A stretch of 64,000 nt of DNA, taken from positions 9,093-73,092 of the forward strand of contig JAMXLJ010000047.1 of the NCBI GenBank assembly GCA_024281095.1, in the 5' to 3' direction. Source of the DNA: Acidimicrobiia bacterium (GTDB lineage: Bacteria > Actinomycetota > Acidimicrobiia > IMCC26256 > JAMXLJ01). This document shows, one piece after another, positions 53,821-62,728 of the stretch (the first letter of the stretch is position 1; the number at the start of each line of letters is the position of its first letter). The translations under genes and the position numbers were made by a program. Under the pieces are notes generated by a model. It searched no databases, was not told the origin of the DNA, and saw only the letters and a program-made list of their open reading frames with translations.

Positions 53821-56800
53821 GTGGAACAGGAGCGTTCGCTGCACGACGACGGCGCCTCGACGGCGACTCCGGCGGCGCGGCGCCGGCTGCTGTGGATGCT
53901 CCTCGTCGGCATCGCACCGCAATGGCTGTTGATCGGAACTTCGACGGGCGCGATGGTCGTCGGCGCCTTCCTTCTCTGCGTCGCCTTGGCGCTGGTCGAG
54001 CTGCATCTGTCGTGGTGCGCGCGGGGCCGCGGCGAGTATCGGATCCGCGCCCGCACCGTGCGGATCGCGCGCTCGTTCGCCCCGCCGCCTCTCTGGCTGC
54101 GCGTCGGCTCGGTCGGCGCGACAGTCGCGCTGCTCGTGCTCATCTGGTCACAGGTCCGCACGGGGTCGTTGCTCTTCCTGTCCTACATCGTGCTGTCTCT
54201 CCTCATCGGTGCGGTGTGCTGGACGACGCTCGTGTGGATGACGGACGCGTGGCGCGATCCGGCTGCGTTCGACGAGACCCGTCTGCCCCCGACGGATCTC
54301 GCGGCCTTTCACTCGTTCTCGCTGATCGTCCCGGCCCGTCATGAGGAGAACGTCCTTGCGGCGACGCTCAGCCGCCTGATTCAGACCGACCATCCGGATT
54401 TCGAGGTGATCGTCGTCGTGGGTCACGACGACGAGGCCACGGCGGCGGTGGCGCAACGCTTCGCGGCCGCGCATCGCGACCTGGTGAAGGTCGTCGTCGA
54501 CCACAGCTGGCCGAAGAACAAGCCCAAGGCGCTGAACACCGCCCTGCCGTACTGCCGGGGCGAGATCGTCGGTGTGTTCGATGCCGAGGACGACGTGCAT
54601 CCCGCGCTCGTCCGCCGGGTCGATCAGTGCCTGCAGCGCACCGGCGCCGACGTGGTGCAGGCCGGCGTCCAGCTGACGAACCTCCACTCCAGCTGGTTCT
54701 CACTCCGGAATGCCCTCGAGTACTACTTCTGGTTCCGCAGCCGGCTCCAATTCCACGCCCGCGTCGGCTTCATCCCCCTCGGCGGCAACACGGTGTTCAT
54801 GCGGACCGAAGTGCTGCGGCAAGTAGGCGGTTGGGACGAGGAGTGCCTGGCCGAGGACTGCGAGATCGGCGTGCGTCTGAGCTCCATGGGGGCGAAGACC
54901 GTCGTCTTCTACGAGCCGGAGCTCGTGACCCGCGAGGAGACGCCACCCACGCTGCGCGCCTTCGTGCGGCAGCGCACACGCTGGAACCAGGGATACCTCC
55001 AGACACTCTCGAGGGGCTATTGGCGCAACCTCCCCCAGACGCAACGTGCGCTCGGCGTCTACACGCTCGCGATGCCGTACTTGCTCGCCCTGGCGTGGCT
55101 CATGATCCCGACCGCGATCGGCACCGCGATTGCAGTGACCGCGCCCGTGCCGCTCACGATGCTCCTGTTCCTTCCGATCGTGCCCATGCTGGTGGTGCTC
55201 GCGGTCGAGACGGCCGGCCTCGGTGACCTGTGCCGTTCGTTCGGAGAGCGCGCATCCGTGCGCGACTACGCGCGTCTGGTAATCGGGTTGCCCGTGTACC
55301 AGGTCGTGCTCGCGTTCGCGGCGGTGCGCGCGGTCATCCGCGAGGCCGTGGGCGCACGAGGCTGGGAGAAGACCGCGCACTTCGGGCTCCACCGCGCGTA
55401 CGCCGACCGCGTACCCGAGCCGGCCTACCAGCTCGCCGCGGTGGGCACGTCGGACGGAACTGCCGCGACGGTTCCGCGGCCGGGGCTCGTTCTGTGGCAC
55501 ACGAACCCGAACGTCGAGGCCTTCGCCCTCGGCACGGCGCCGAGCGCACGTTCCGCCCCGCAAGTCATTCCGCTGCCCCACCACGACGGCCCCGCGCCGG
55601 TGCCCGATGTCGGTCGCACCACCCGGGACACACCCCTGTGGATCCGTCTCCGAACCGGGCGGGCGGGCGGCGCGTACACACTGCGGCCGGCGGATGCAAT
55701 CAGGATCGTTCCCCCCACCAGCGACACGCCCGGACGACGCGGCTTGCGCGCGCTTCTCGCGTGGCTGCGCACCGCGGTTCCCGCCATCGGGTTGCTCGCG
55801 GTCTTCACCTGCGTATCGCTGGTGCAAGTGGCGAACATCGCGCACTGGCCGGGAACGTTCTTCGACGAGGGTACCTACATCTCGAACGCCTGGGCGGTGC
55901 AGACCCATGGAGCGCTGTCCAACTACACCTATGGCTACGGCCATCCGCCGCTCGGCTGGCTCCTGATCTCGCTGTGGACCTGGACGACGCGACTTTTCGG
56001 GAACACCGTGTACTCGGTCGGTGTCGGGCGCCAGCTCATGGCCGCGCTGACGATCGTCAGCTGCTGGCTCGTGTACGTCCTCGCCCGCCGGCTCGGGATC
56101 CGCCGGCCGTTCGCCGCGGTCGCGGTGGCGCTGTTCGGCCTGTCGCCACTGTCCCTGTACTTCCACCGCCTGGTGCTCATCGACAATCCCGGGGTCACAT
56201 TCGCGCTCGGCGCCTTCGTGCTCGCGCTGTCGCCGAAGCGCCGTTTGTGGACGTTTGCTGCGAGCGGTGCCTGCTTCGCGGCCAGCGTGCTGGCGAAGGA
56301 GACGATGCTGCTGCTCCTTCCGGTCCTGTTTCTCATCGCGTTCAGCAACCTCGACCGGCGTAACCGTCGGTACTGCGTGACGTTCCTCGTCGCGTTCGTC
56401 ACACTCGTCGGGCTCGGGTACCCGCTCTACGCGTTGCTGAAGGGCGAGCTCTTCCCGGGGCCCGGCCACGTGAGCTTGATCGACGAGGCCGTCTACCAGC
56501 TGTTCTCGCGCCAGGCGACCGGAGCCCTCTTCAACGCGCACAGCGAGACGTACCAGATCGTGCGGCAGTGGTGGAACACCGATCCTTGGCTGCTGGGGGG
56601 CGCGGCGCTGTTCACGCCGATCGCGCTCGCCCGTCGATCCACACGGGCGGTCGGCGTGGCCTTCGTGTTCCAAGCGTTGATGGTGCTGCGCCCGGGTTAT
56701 CTGCCGTACATGTACGTGATCGCGTTGTTGCCCTTCGCGGCCCTCATCGTGGCCTGTGGGATGGACACGCTGTGGGCGTTCGCAGTGGACGGCCCGCGCC

Positions 56801-57387
56801 AGCGCGAGCAGAACGGTGGACGGTTGCGCTCGATCGTCGCGGCGGTCTCGCGACGCCTCGCTCCGGTGACGCGCACGGCCGCGGCCGGCGGCCTTCTCTC
56901 GGTCATGGCGGTCGCCGCGCTCGTCGTCAGCCCGGGCTGGGGACGGTACGACCGCGCGGCGATGACCGTCCGCTACGACAAGGCGGAGCGTGCCGCGGAA
57001 CAGTGGATCGTGAGCCACGTCGGCCACACGCAGCGGATCCTCGTGAGCGACAACTTCTGGATCGATCTGATCGAACGCGGCTTCGATGCGAAGGCTGTCA
57101 AGGGTGGTTTCTACTCTCGGACCGTGCTCTTCTACTGGTCGTTCGACTTCGACCCCGCCGTGGAGCGTCTGGTGCCAGATTGGAAGAACATCGACTACGT
57201 CGTATCGACACAAGGAATGCGCAGCGACATCGCGAACGCTCAGGTACCGAAGACCGCGCTGGCGGTCGAGCACTCACACGTCGTCGTGACGTTCGGGAAC
57301 GGAGACCAGCGAATCGAGATTCGCGCAATTGATGGCCACGTATCGGCACCGCTGGACCTTCCGCGCTCCATCGCGCAACACAGCTGA
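53821..57387 (+). CDS. 1188-aa fusion: membrane-embedded processive GT2 synthase (aa ~165-395) plus GT-C/PMT_2-like glycosyltransferase (aa ~645-985) plus C-terminal extracytoplasmic domain
   Basis: GT2 part: FSLIVPARHEE, DAED (54580-54591), QRTRW (54970-54984), flanked by TM helices. GT-C part: WPGTFFDEGTY first-loop acidic motif (55858-), more than 10 TM, LAKETMLLLLP. Confidence 0.85.
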   Translation: MEQERSLHDDGASTATPAARRRLLWMLLVGIAPQWLLIGTSTGAMVVGAFLLCVALALVELHLSWCARGRGEYRIRARTVRIARSFAPPPLWLRVGSVGATVALLVLIWSQVRTGSLLFLSYIVLSLLIGAVCWTTLVWMTDAWRDPAAFDETRLPPTDLAAFHSFSLIVPARHEENVLAATLSRLIQTDHPDFEVIVVVGHDDEATAAVAQRFAAAHRDLVKVVVDHSWPKNKPKALNTALPYCRGEIVGVFDAEDDVHPALVRRVDQCLQRTGADVVQAGVQLTNLHSSWFSLRNALEYYFWFRSRLQFHARVGFIPLGGNTVFMRTEVLRQVGGWDEECLAEDCEIGVRLSSMGAKTVVFYEPELVTREETPPTLRAFVRQRTRWNQGYLQTLSRGYWRNLPQTQRALGVYTLAMPYLLALAWLMIPTAIGTAIAVTAPVPLTMLLFLPIVPMLVVLAVETAGLGDLCRSFGERASVRDYARLVIGLPVYQVVLAFAAVRAVIREAVGARGWEKTAHFGLHRAYADRVPEPAYQLAAVGTSDGTAATVPRPGLVLWHTNPNVEAFALGTAPSARSAPQVIPLPHHDGPAPVPDVGRTTRDTPLWIRLRTGRAGGAYTLRPADAIRIVPPTSDTPGRRGLRALLAWLRTAVPAIGLLAVFTCVSLVQVANIAHWPGTFFDEGTYISNAWAVQTHGALSNYTYGYGHPPLGWLLISLWTWTTRLFGNTVYSVGVGRQLMAALTIVSCWLVYVLARRLGIRRPFAAVAVALFGLSPLSLYFHRLVLIDNPGVTFALGAFVLALSPKRRLWTFAASGACFAASVLAKETMLLLLPVLFLIAFSNLDRRNRRYCVTFLVAFVTLVGLGYPLYALLKGELFPGPGHVSLIDEAVYQLFSRQATGALFNAHSETYQIVRQWWNTDPWLLGGAALFTPIALARRSTRAVGVAFVFQALMVLRPGYLPYMYVIALLPFAALIVACGMDTLWAFAVDGPRQREQNGGRLRSIVAAVSRRLAPVTRTAAAGGLLSVMAVAALVVSPGWGRYDRAAMTVRYDKAERAAEQWIVSHVGHTQRILVSDNFWIDLIERGFDAKAVKGGFYSRTVLFYWSFDFDPAVERLVPDWKNIDYVVSTQGMRSDIANAQVPKTALAVEHSHVVVTFGNGDQRIEIRAIDGHVSAPLDLPRSIAQHS

Positions 57388-57400
57388 CCAAGGCCACGCA

Positions 57401-58501
57401 GTGCGCCACCGTGAATGGGCTGCGGCCGTCGCGCTGATCGCCGGCATCGCACTGCTCGCAGTCCTGCTTCCCTGGCACAAGTCGAAGTCGCCGCTCGAGA
57501 TCCGGGTGCGCGGCGCACATCTCGTCGACGGCTCGGGCCGCAACATCCGCCTGTTCGGCGTCAACCGGTCGGGTACGGAATACCAGTGCACGATCGGTGG
57601 CACGACGGGCGCCGGGATCTTCAGCGGGCCGGACGACGCCGCGTCGATCGCGTCGATGGTGTCGTGGCACATCAATGCGGTGCGGGTGCCGTTGAACGAG
57701 GACTGTTGGCTCGGCATCAACGGCGTGAACCCGGCCTATACCGGCACGGCGTACCAGCACGCCGTGGACGGGTACATCCGCAGACTCAACCACGCCGGCC
57801 TCATCGCCATCGTCGACCTCCACTGGAACGCGCCCGGCCGCCAGCTCTCGAGTGGACAGCGCGCAATGGCCGACGCGGATCACGCCCCTGCCTTCTGGAG
57901 TTCGGTCGCGACGCGGTTCAAGGCCAATCGGGCAGTGATGTTCGATCTCTACAACGAGCCCGTCAGCATCTCGTGGAGCTGCTGGCGCTCGGGGTGCGCG
58001 ACAGCCGGCGGCTGGCAAACCGTCGGCATGCAGACGCTGATCGACGTCGTTCGGCGCGCGGGCGCGCGGCAACCCGTCATCGCTTCCGGTCTCGGCCACG
58101 CGAACGATCTGTCGGGCTGGCTGGCCGCCGGCCTTCACGATCCGCTCCATCAGCTCGTCGCCGGCCTGCACATGTACGACACCGACGCTGACGGATACTG
58201 CAACACCGCCGCGTGCTGGGACGGCACCGTTGCGCCGGTCTCGAGGCAGGTTCCCGTCGTGACCGCTGAGATCGGCGAGCACGATCGCCGGTCCGACTTC
58301 GTCACGGCGTACATGCACTGGGCCGACCACGAGTGGCGTGCCGGCCGGTCGGTGTCGGTTCTCGCGTGGGCATGGGATGCGGCGCAGGGCGAGACCGCCC
58401 CGTCGCTGATCACCTCGTACGACGGCACGCCGACCGGCTACGGGCTCGGCTTCCGCACCTACCTCGCCGCGCTCTTCGAGCGAGGCGAGATCCACCGCTG
58501 A
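57401..58501 (+). CDS. glycoside hydrolase family 5 (endoglucanase-like), membrane-anchored or secreted
   Basis: GTG start after the synthase stop; TM/signal anchor; GVNRSGTEYQC; FDLYNEP (acid/base Glu); VVTAEIGE (nucleophile Glu). Confidence 0.85.
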   Translation: MRHREWAAAVALIAGIALLAVLLPWHKSKSPLEIRVRGAHLVDGSGRNIRLFGVNRSGTEYQCTIGGTTGAGIFSGPDDAASIASMVSWHINAVRVPLNEDCWLGINGVNPAYTGTAYQHAVDGYIRRLNHAGLIAIVDLHWNAPGRQLSSGQRAMADADHAPAFWSSVATRFKANRAVMFDLYNEPVSISWSCWRSGCATAGGWQTVGMQTLIDVVRRAGARQPVIASGLGHANDLSGWLAAGLHDPLHQLVAGLHMYDTDADGYCNTAACWDGTVAPVSRQVPVVTAEIGEHDRRSDFVTAYMHWADHEWRAGRSVSVLAWAWDAAQGETAPSLITSYDGTPTGYGLGFRTYLAALFERGEIHR

Positions 58502-58528
58502 CGGCTGCCCTGCCCAACTTCACCGGTT

Positions 58529-58571
58529 CATGCGTGGATCCTCGTCGCTCAGCGACGGAATTCCACGCATG
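58529..58571. terminator. bipartite 43-nt hairpin between the convergent operons
   Basis: CATGCGTGGA...TCCACGCATG (10 bp) enclosing CGTCGC-TCA-GCGACG (6 bp). Confidence 0.6.
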
Positions 58572-58595
58572 AAAGCGGTGGTCGGTGTTCGGGCG

Positions 58596-58880
58596 CTACG
58601 CGGCGGGATCCTTGCGCTCGAGGCTCCGGCGCATGACCTTGCGGGCGAGCGACCGCACCTTGTTCTCGATGTTCCCGCCGCGCACGGCACGGTCGTCCAT
58701 CGCGTCCTTGTGCGCCTTCACGAGGAACGATGGTGACCGCACCGTCTCGGGCAGGCCGTGGCGTTCACGAATGCCGGCCAGACCGTCGTAGTGCTGCGTC
58801 ACCCAGTAGAGGTTGATCCGGCACGAGACGCAGTTCCACGCCTCGTCGGGGTTGTCGGTCCCGCACTTCGGGCACTTCAT
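58596..58880 (-). CDS. zinc-ribbon domain protein (94 aa)
   Basis: MKCPKCGTDNPDEAWNCVSCRINLYW; ATGA overlap with the upstream epimerase stop. Confidence 0.65.
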   Translation of the reverse strand: MKCPKCGTDNPDEAWNCVSCRINLYWVTQHYDGLAGIRERHGLPETVRSPSFLVKAHKDAMDDRAVRGGNIENKVRSLARKVMRRSLERKDPAA

Positions 58881-59878
58881 CGCTCCACTCCTGCGGTCTG
58901 GTACTCGAGCTGACCTGATGCGGCGCGGAGAACGCCCTCCCGGAGCGGGACGCGCGGCACATAGCCGAGGCGACTCCGCGCCTTGTCGATGCTGTGACGG
59001 TTGTCCGTGCCGAACAACTTCACGCCGAGCCGGGTCGCGGGTGGCTGGCGCCGCGATCTCATCGCGACCGCAGTGCGCTCCGCCGCGGCCGCAGCCGCGT
59101 AGAGCGGACGGTACGGCACGTGCACCCGCGGTCGTTTCGCGTCGATCGCGTCCGCGATGGCGTCGAACATCTCCTGCTGCGTGAGCGGCTCGTCGTTCGT
59201 GATGTTGAACGCCTCTCCCAGCGCGTCGTCGTGATCGAGGCCCAACAACAGACCCTGCACGACGTCGGTGACGTACGCGAACGGCAAGGCGTTGTCGCCG
59301 CGGCCGATGATGAGACCCTTGCCGGCTGCGATGCGTTCCGCCATCCGCTCGAAGTGCAGCTTGTCACCCGGGCCGAAGAAGGTTCCCGGCCTGATGATCA
59401 CCGCGGGCAGCCCGTCCTCGACGATCATCCGCTGCACGAGCTCGTCGCCCTCGGCCTTGGTGACGGGATACGGATCGGAGAACGGCCTGAGGGGATGCGT
59501 CTCGGAGCACGGCAACCCCTGGTCGATGCCGTAGACCGTCCACGAGCTCACGTGCACGACTCTTCGCACGCCGTGCTCGAGCGCGGCGCGACAGACGTTC
59601 TCGGTGCCCGTCACATTGACGGCTCGGTAATCGGAGAGCGGTCGCCAAACGCCCATCATGCCTGCGAGATGCAGGACGGCATCGACGCCACGCGTGGGTG
59701 CGATCAAGGTGTCCGGGAACCGGATGTCACCGCGGTACACCGCGCCCCCACGCTGCTCGAACCACGACACGTCTTCGCCGGGCAGCGCGAGCACACGCAC
59801 GACGTCGCCGCGCTCGAGAAGCTCGGAAACGAGGTGCCGCCCCAGAAGACCGCCGCCTCCTGTGATCAAGATCTCCAC
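58877..59878 (-). CDS. NAD-dependent epimerase/dehydratase, 3beta-HSD-like (paralogue 1)
   Basis: GTG start with AAGGAGAG upstream; ILITGGGGLLGRHLV; NVTGTENVCRAA; VHVSSWTVYG. Confidence 0.88.
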   Translation of the reverse strand: MEILITGGGGLLGRHLVSELLERGDVVRVLALPGEDVSWFEQRGGAVYRGDIRFPDTLIAPTRGVDAVLHLAGMMGVWRPLSDYRAVNVTGTENVCRAALEHGVRRVVHVSSWTVYGIDQGLPCSETHPLRPFSDPYPVTKAEGDELVQRMIVEDGLPAVIIRPGTFFGPGDKLHFERMAERIAAGKGLIIGRGDNALPFAYVTDVVQGLLLGLDHDDALGEAFNITNDEPLTQQEMFDAIADAIDAKRPRVHVPYRPLYAAAAAAERTAVAMRSRRQPPATRLGVKLFGTDNRHSIDKARSRLGYVPRVPLREGVLRAASGQLEYQTAGVER

Positions 59879-59889
59879 AAGTTCTCTCC

Positions 59890-60666
59890 TTACTGGACCG
59901 GCGACCAGTGCCGGTATCGGTGCGCGAGATCGGCGAGCGCCGGCGACGTCTGCTCGAGCCATGCGATGGCGGTGTGCCGGCGAGGGATGATCACTTCGCG
60001 CCGCGGCCGCCGGACGAGGTCACAGATCGCGTCGGCGACGACGCGGGGCTCGGGAAGACGACCCTGCACGTGACGGGTCATGTCCGTGCGGATGTTGCCC
60101 GGCGACACGAGCGAGACCGACACGCCGGTTCCTGCGAGCTGCCGACGCAGGCTGAGCGAGAATCCACGCAGCCCGTACTTGGTCGCCGAGTACACGGGCT
60201 CCATCGCCACCCGGCCCGACAGCGAGCCGACGCAGATGATGGTCCCGCGCCGCTGTCGAAGCATCCCCGGCAGCACCGCGCGGGTGAGCAACATGGCGCC
60301 CAGGAGGTTCACCTCCAACATGTCCGTCAGCTCGTCGGGCGCGGTCGCGACGACCGGGCGCATCCAGTTCGCACCGGCGTTGTTGACGAGAATGTCGACA
60401 GGGCCGAATGCGTCGTCGGCCCGGTCGACGAGTCGGTCGAGCTGGTCGGGATCCGTCACGTCGGTCGGGACCGACACGGCGTCGCAGCCGAGCGCCGTGA
60501 TCGCCAGTGCGTGGCGCCGGAGCTTGTCGGCCCGGCGGGCTGCGAGCACGACACGTGCCCCCTGCTGGGCGAGCGCACGCGCCGTCGCCGCGCCGATGCC
60601 GGAGCTCGCGCCGGTGACGATCGCAACCCGCCCTGCGAGCGTGTCCGTCCGATCGAGTGTGTGCAT
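59890..60666 (-). CDS. classical SDR family oxidoreductase
   Basis: VAIVTGASSGIGAATA, NNAG, YSATK. Confidence 0.88.
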   Translation of the reverse strand: MHTLDRTDTLAGRVAIVTGASSGIGAATARALAQQGARVVLAARRADKLRRHALAITALGCDAVSVPTDVTDPDQLDRLVDRADDAFGPVDILVNNAGANWMRPVVATAPDELTDMLEVNLLGAMLLTRAVLPGMLRQRRGTIICVGSLSGRVAMEPVYSATKYGLRGFSLSLRRQLAGTGVSVSLVSPGNIRTDMTRHVQGRLPEPRVVADAICDLVRRPRREVIIPRRHTAIAWLEQTSPALADLAHRYRHWSPVQ

Positions 60667-60671
60667 CGTCC

Positions 60672-61715
60672 TCACCGTTCCGATGTCCGCAACACAACCG
60701 CGGGATCGTGAACCGCCGGCGTGACGGGCGCCGGGTTCTCGCCCTGATACCAGGCGGCCGCGAGACGGATTCCCTCTCGCAGCGGCACGCGTGGTGCGTA
60801 GCCGAGCCGTGTCCTCGCTTTGGCGACCGAGAACCGCATGTCGCTCCCGGCGAACGCGACGCCGACACGCGTCAGCGGCGGGCGTTCCCACGTGTATCGG
60901 CCCGCGGGTACACGTTCGGCAAGCCAGGCCGCAGCGGAGAAGGCGCGGTATGGCAACGACACGAGACGCGGCTTCACGCCGAGCTCCTCCGCGATGGCTG
61001 TATAGAGCTCGCGTTGGGTGAGCGGCTCGTCGTTGGCGATGTTGAACGCCTCCCCGACCGCGTCCTCGTGGTCGACGCCGAGCAGGAGACCCTGCACGAC
61101 GTCGGTCACGTAGACGAGCGGTATCGCGTTCTCGCCCCGGCCGACGATGACGGCCTTGCCGGCTCGGACCCGGTCGGCCATGCGGCCGAAGTGCATGCGG
61201 TCGCCCGGGCCGAGGACCTGGTCGGGACGGATGATGGCCGCGGGAAGGCCGTCGTCCACGATCATTCGCTGGACCAGCTTGTCCGCTTCCGCCTTGGTGA
61301 TCGGATAGGGGTCGGGAAACGGCAAGAGCGCGAAGTGTTCCTCGACCGGCACGTCCCATTGCATGCCGTAGATGCTCGACGAGCTCATGTGCACGAACCG
61401 CCGAACCCCGGCAGCGAGTGCGGCCTTGCACACGTTCTCGGTACCGCGCACGTTCACGGCGACGTAGTCACGCATGGGTCGCCAGACGTCCATCATCGCG
61501 GCGAGATGCACGACCGCGTCGACGCCGGCCATGGGCGCGACCAGTGTCTCCGGCCGGCAGATGTCGCCGCGGTGGATCGACACGCCGCGCTGTTCGAGGC
61601 GCGACGTGTCCTCCGACGGCAACGCGAGCACGCGCACGCGGTCGCCACGGTCGAGCATCGCGTCGACGACGTGGTGGCCGACGAAGCCGTTGCCGCCGGT
61701 GACGAGTACCTCCAT
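60672..61715 (-). CDS. NAD-dependent epimerase/dehydratase, 3beta-HSD-like (paralogue 2)
   Basis: MEVLVTGGNGFVGHHVV; about 60-65% identical by eye to paralogue 1 along its length. Confidence 0.88.
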   Translation of the reverse strand: MEVLVTGGNGFVGHHVVDAMLDRGDRVRVLALPSEDTSRLEQRGVSIHRGDICRPETLVAPMAGVDAVVHLAAMMDVWRPMRDYVAVNVRGTENVCKAALAAGVRRFVHMSSSSIYGMQWDVPVEEHFALLPFPDPYPITKAEADKLVQRMIVDDGLPAAIIRPDQVLGPGDRMHFGRMADRVRAGKAVIVGRGENAIPLVYVTDVVQGLLLGVDHEDAVGEAFNIANDEPLTQRELYTAIAEELGVKPRLVSLPYRAFSAAAWLAERVPAGRYTWERPPLTRVGVAFAGSDMRFSVAKARTRLGYAPRVPLREGIRLAAAWYQGENPAPVTPAVHDPAVVLRTSER

Positions 61716-61717
61716 TG

Positions 61718-62728
61718 TCAGTTGCTCCTCACGGGAACCCCGGACTCGTGCGCGCAGCGGTACCACTCGATGCTCCGGCGCACGCCCTCGTTCATGTCGA
61801 TCTGGGGAGCGAAGCCGATCTCCTGCCGGGCCCGCTCGATACTGAAACGGTTCTCGCCCCCGAGCACCTGAAGGCCGTAACGCATCAACGGCGGCGGTTG
61901 CGCGCGCCGCGCCATCCGGCCCACGGTCTCGAGGCTCGCGCCGAGGGCCACGCCGAGGCGGTACGGAATGTGCCGGGTGGGTGCGGGGACGCCGAGCTCG
62001 GCCGCGATTGCGCCGAGGTACTCGCGCTGCGTCACGCGTTCGTCGTTGACGAGCAGGTACGCACGCCCCTGCGCGCCATCCGCTTCCGACGCCTGCAGGA
62101 TTCCCCGAGCCACGTCGCCGACGTAGACGAGCGGCAGGTGGTTGTCACCGGACCCCACGACCACCATCCGGCCGTCGCGGATCATCGTCGCGAACCGTCC
62201 GAAGCCGGCCACGTCGCGAGGGCCGTAGATGTAGCCCGGACGCACGACGGTGACGGGCGCACCGTCACGTTCGATCAGCCGTTGCAGCAGGCGTTCGCCC
62301 GCGACCTTCGAGCGACTGTACGGATTCGGTTCCGTCCGGAAGGGCGAGAGCTCGTCTGCGTCGCCCCGCACGTCGTTGCCGTGCACAGTGATCGAGCTCA
62401 CGTGGACGATGCGTCGAACGCCGGCATCGCGCGCGAAGCGCACGAGGGTCGCGAGCGCGTCGACGTTCGTACGCTGGTACTCCTGCTCGGGGCCCCATGG
62501 GCCGGTGCGCGCCGCGCAGTGGAGTACGGAATCGGCGCCGGTCATGGCGGCTGCGAGCACGCCGGGGTCGGCCACGTCTCCCGCGTGCGTCTCCACACCG
62601 GCGCGCGTCAGCGCAGTGGCGTCGTCGCCCGGCCCGATGAGGGCGCGCGGTTGCTCCCCCCGCTCGAGGAGGAGGTCGACGAGGTGGCTTCCCAGGAGCC
62701 CGGCTGCGCCCGTGACGACGACGGTCAT
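61718..62728 (-). CDS. NAD-dependent epimerase/dehydratase (paralogue 3)
   Basis: MTVVVTGAAGLLGSHLV; VHVSSITVHG; YSRSK. Confidence 0.88.
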   Translation of the reverse strand: MTVVVTGAAGLLGSHLVDLLLERGEQPRALIGPGDDATALTRAGVETHAGDVADPGVLAAAMTGADSVLHCAARTGPWGPEQEYQRTNVDALATLVRFARDAGVRRIVHVSSITVHGNDVRGDADELSPFRTEPNPYSRSKVAGERLLQRLIERDGAPVTVVRPGYIYGPRDVAGFGRFATMIRDGRMVVVGSGDNHLPLVYVGDVARGILQASEADGAQGRAYLLVNDERVTQREYLGAIAAELGVPAPTRHIPYRLGVALGASLETVGRMARRAQPPPLMRYGLQVLGGENRFSIERARQEIGFAPQIDMNEGVRRSIEWYRCAHESGVPVRSN

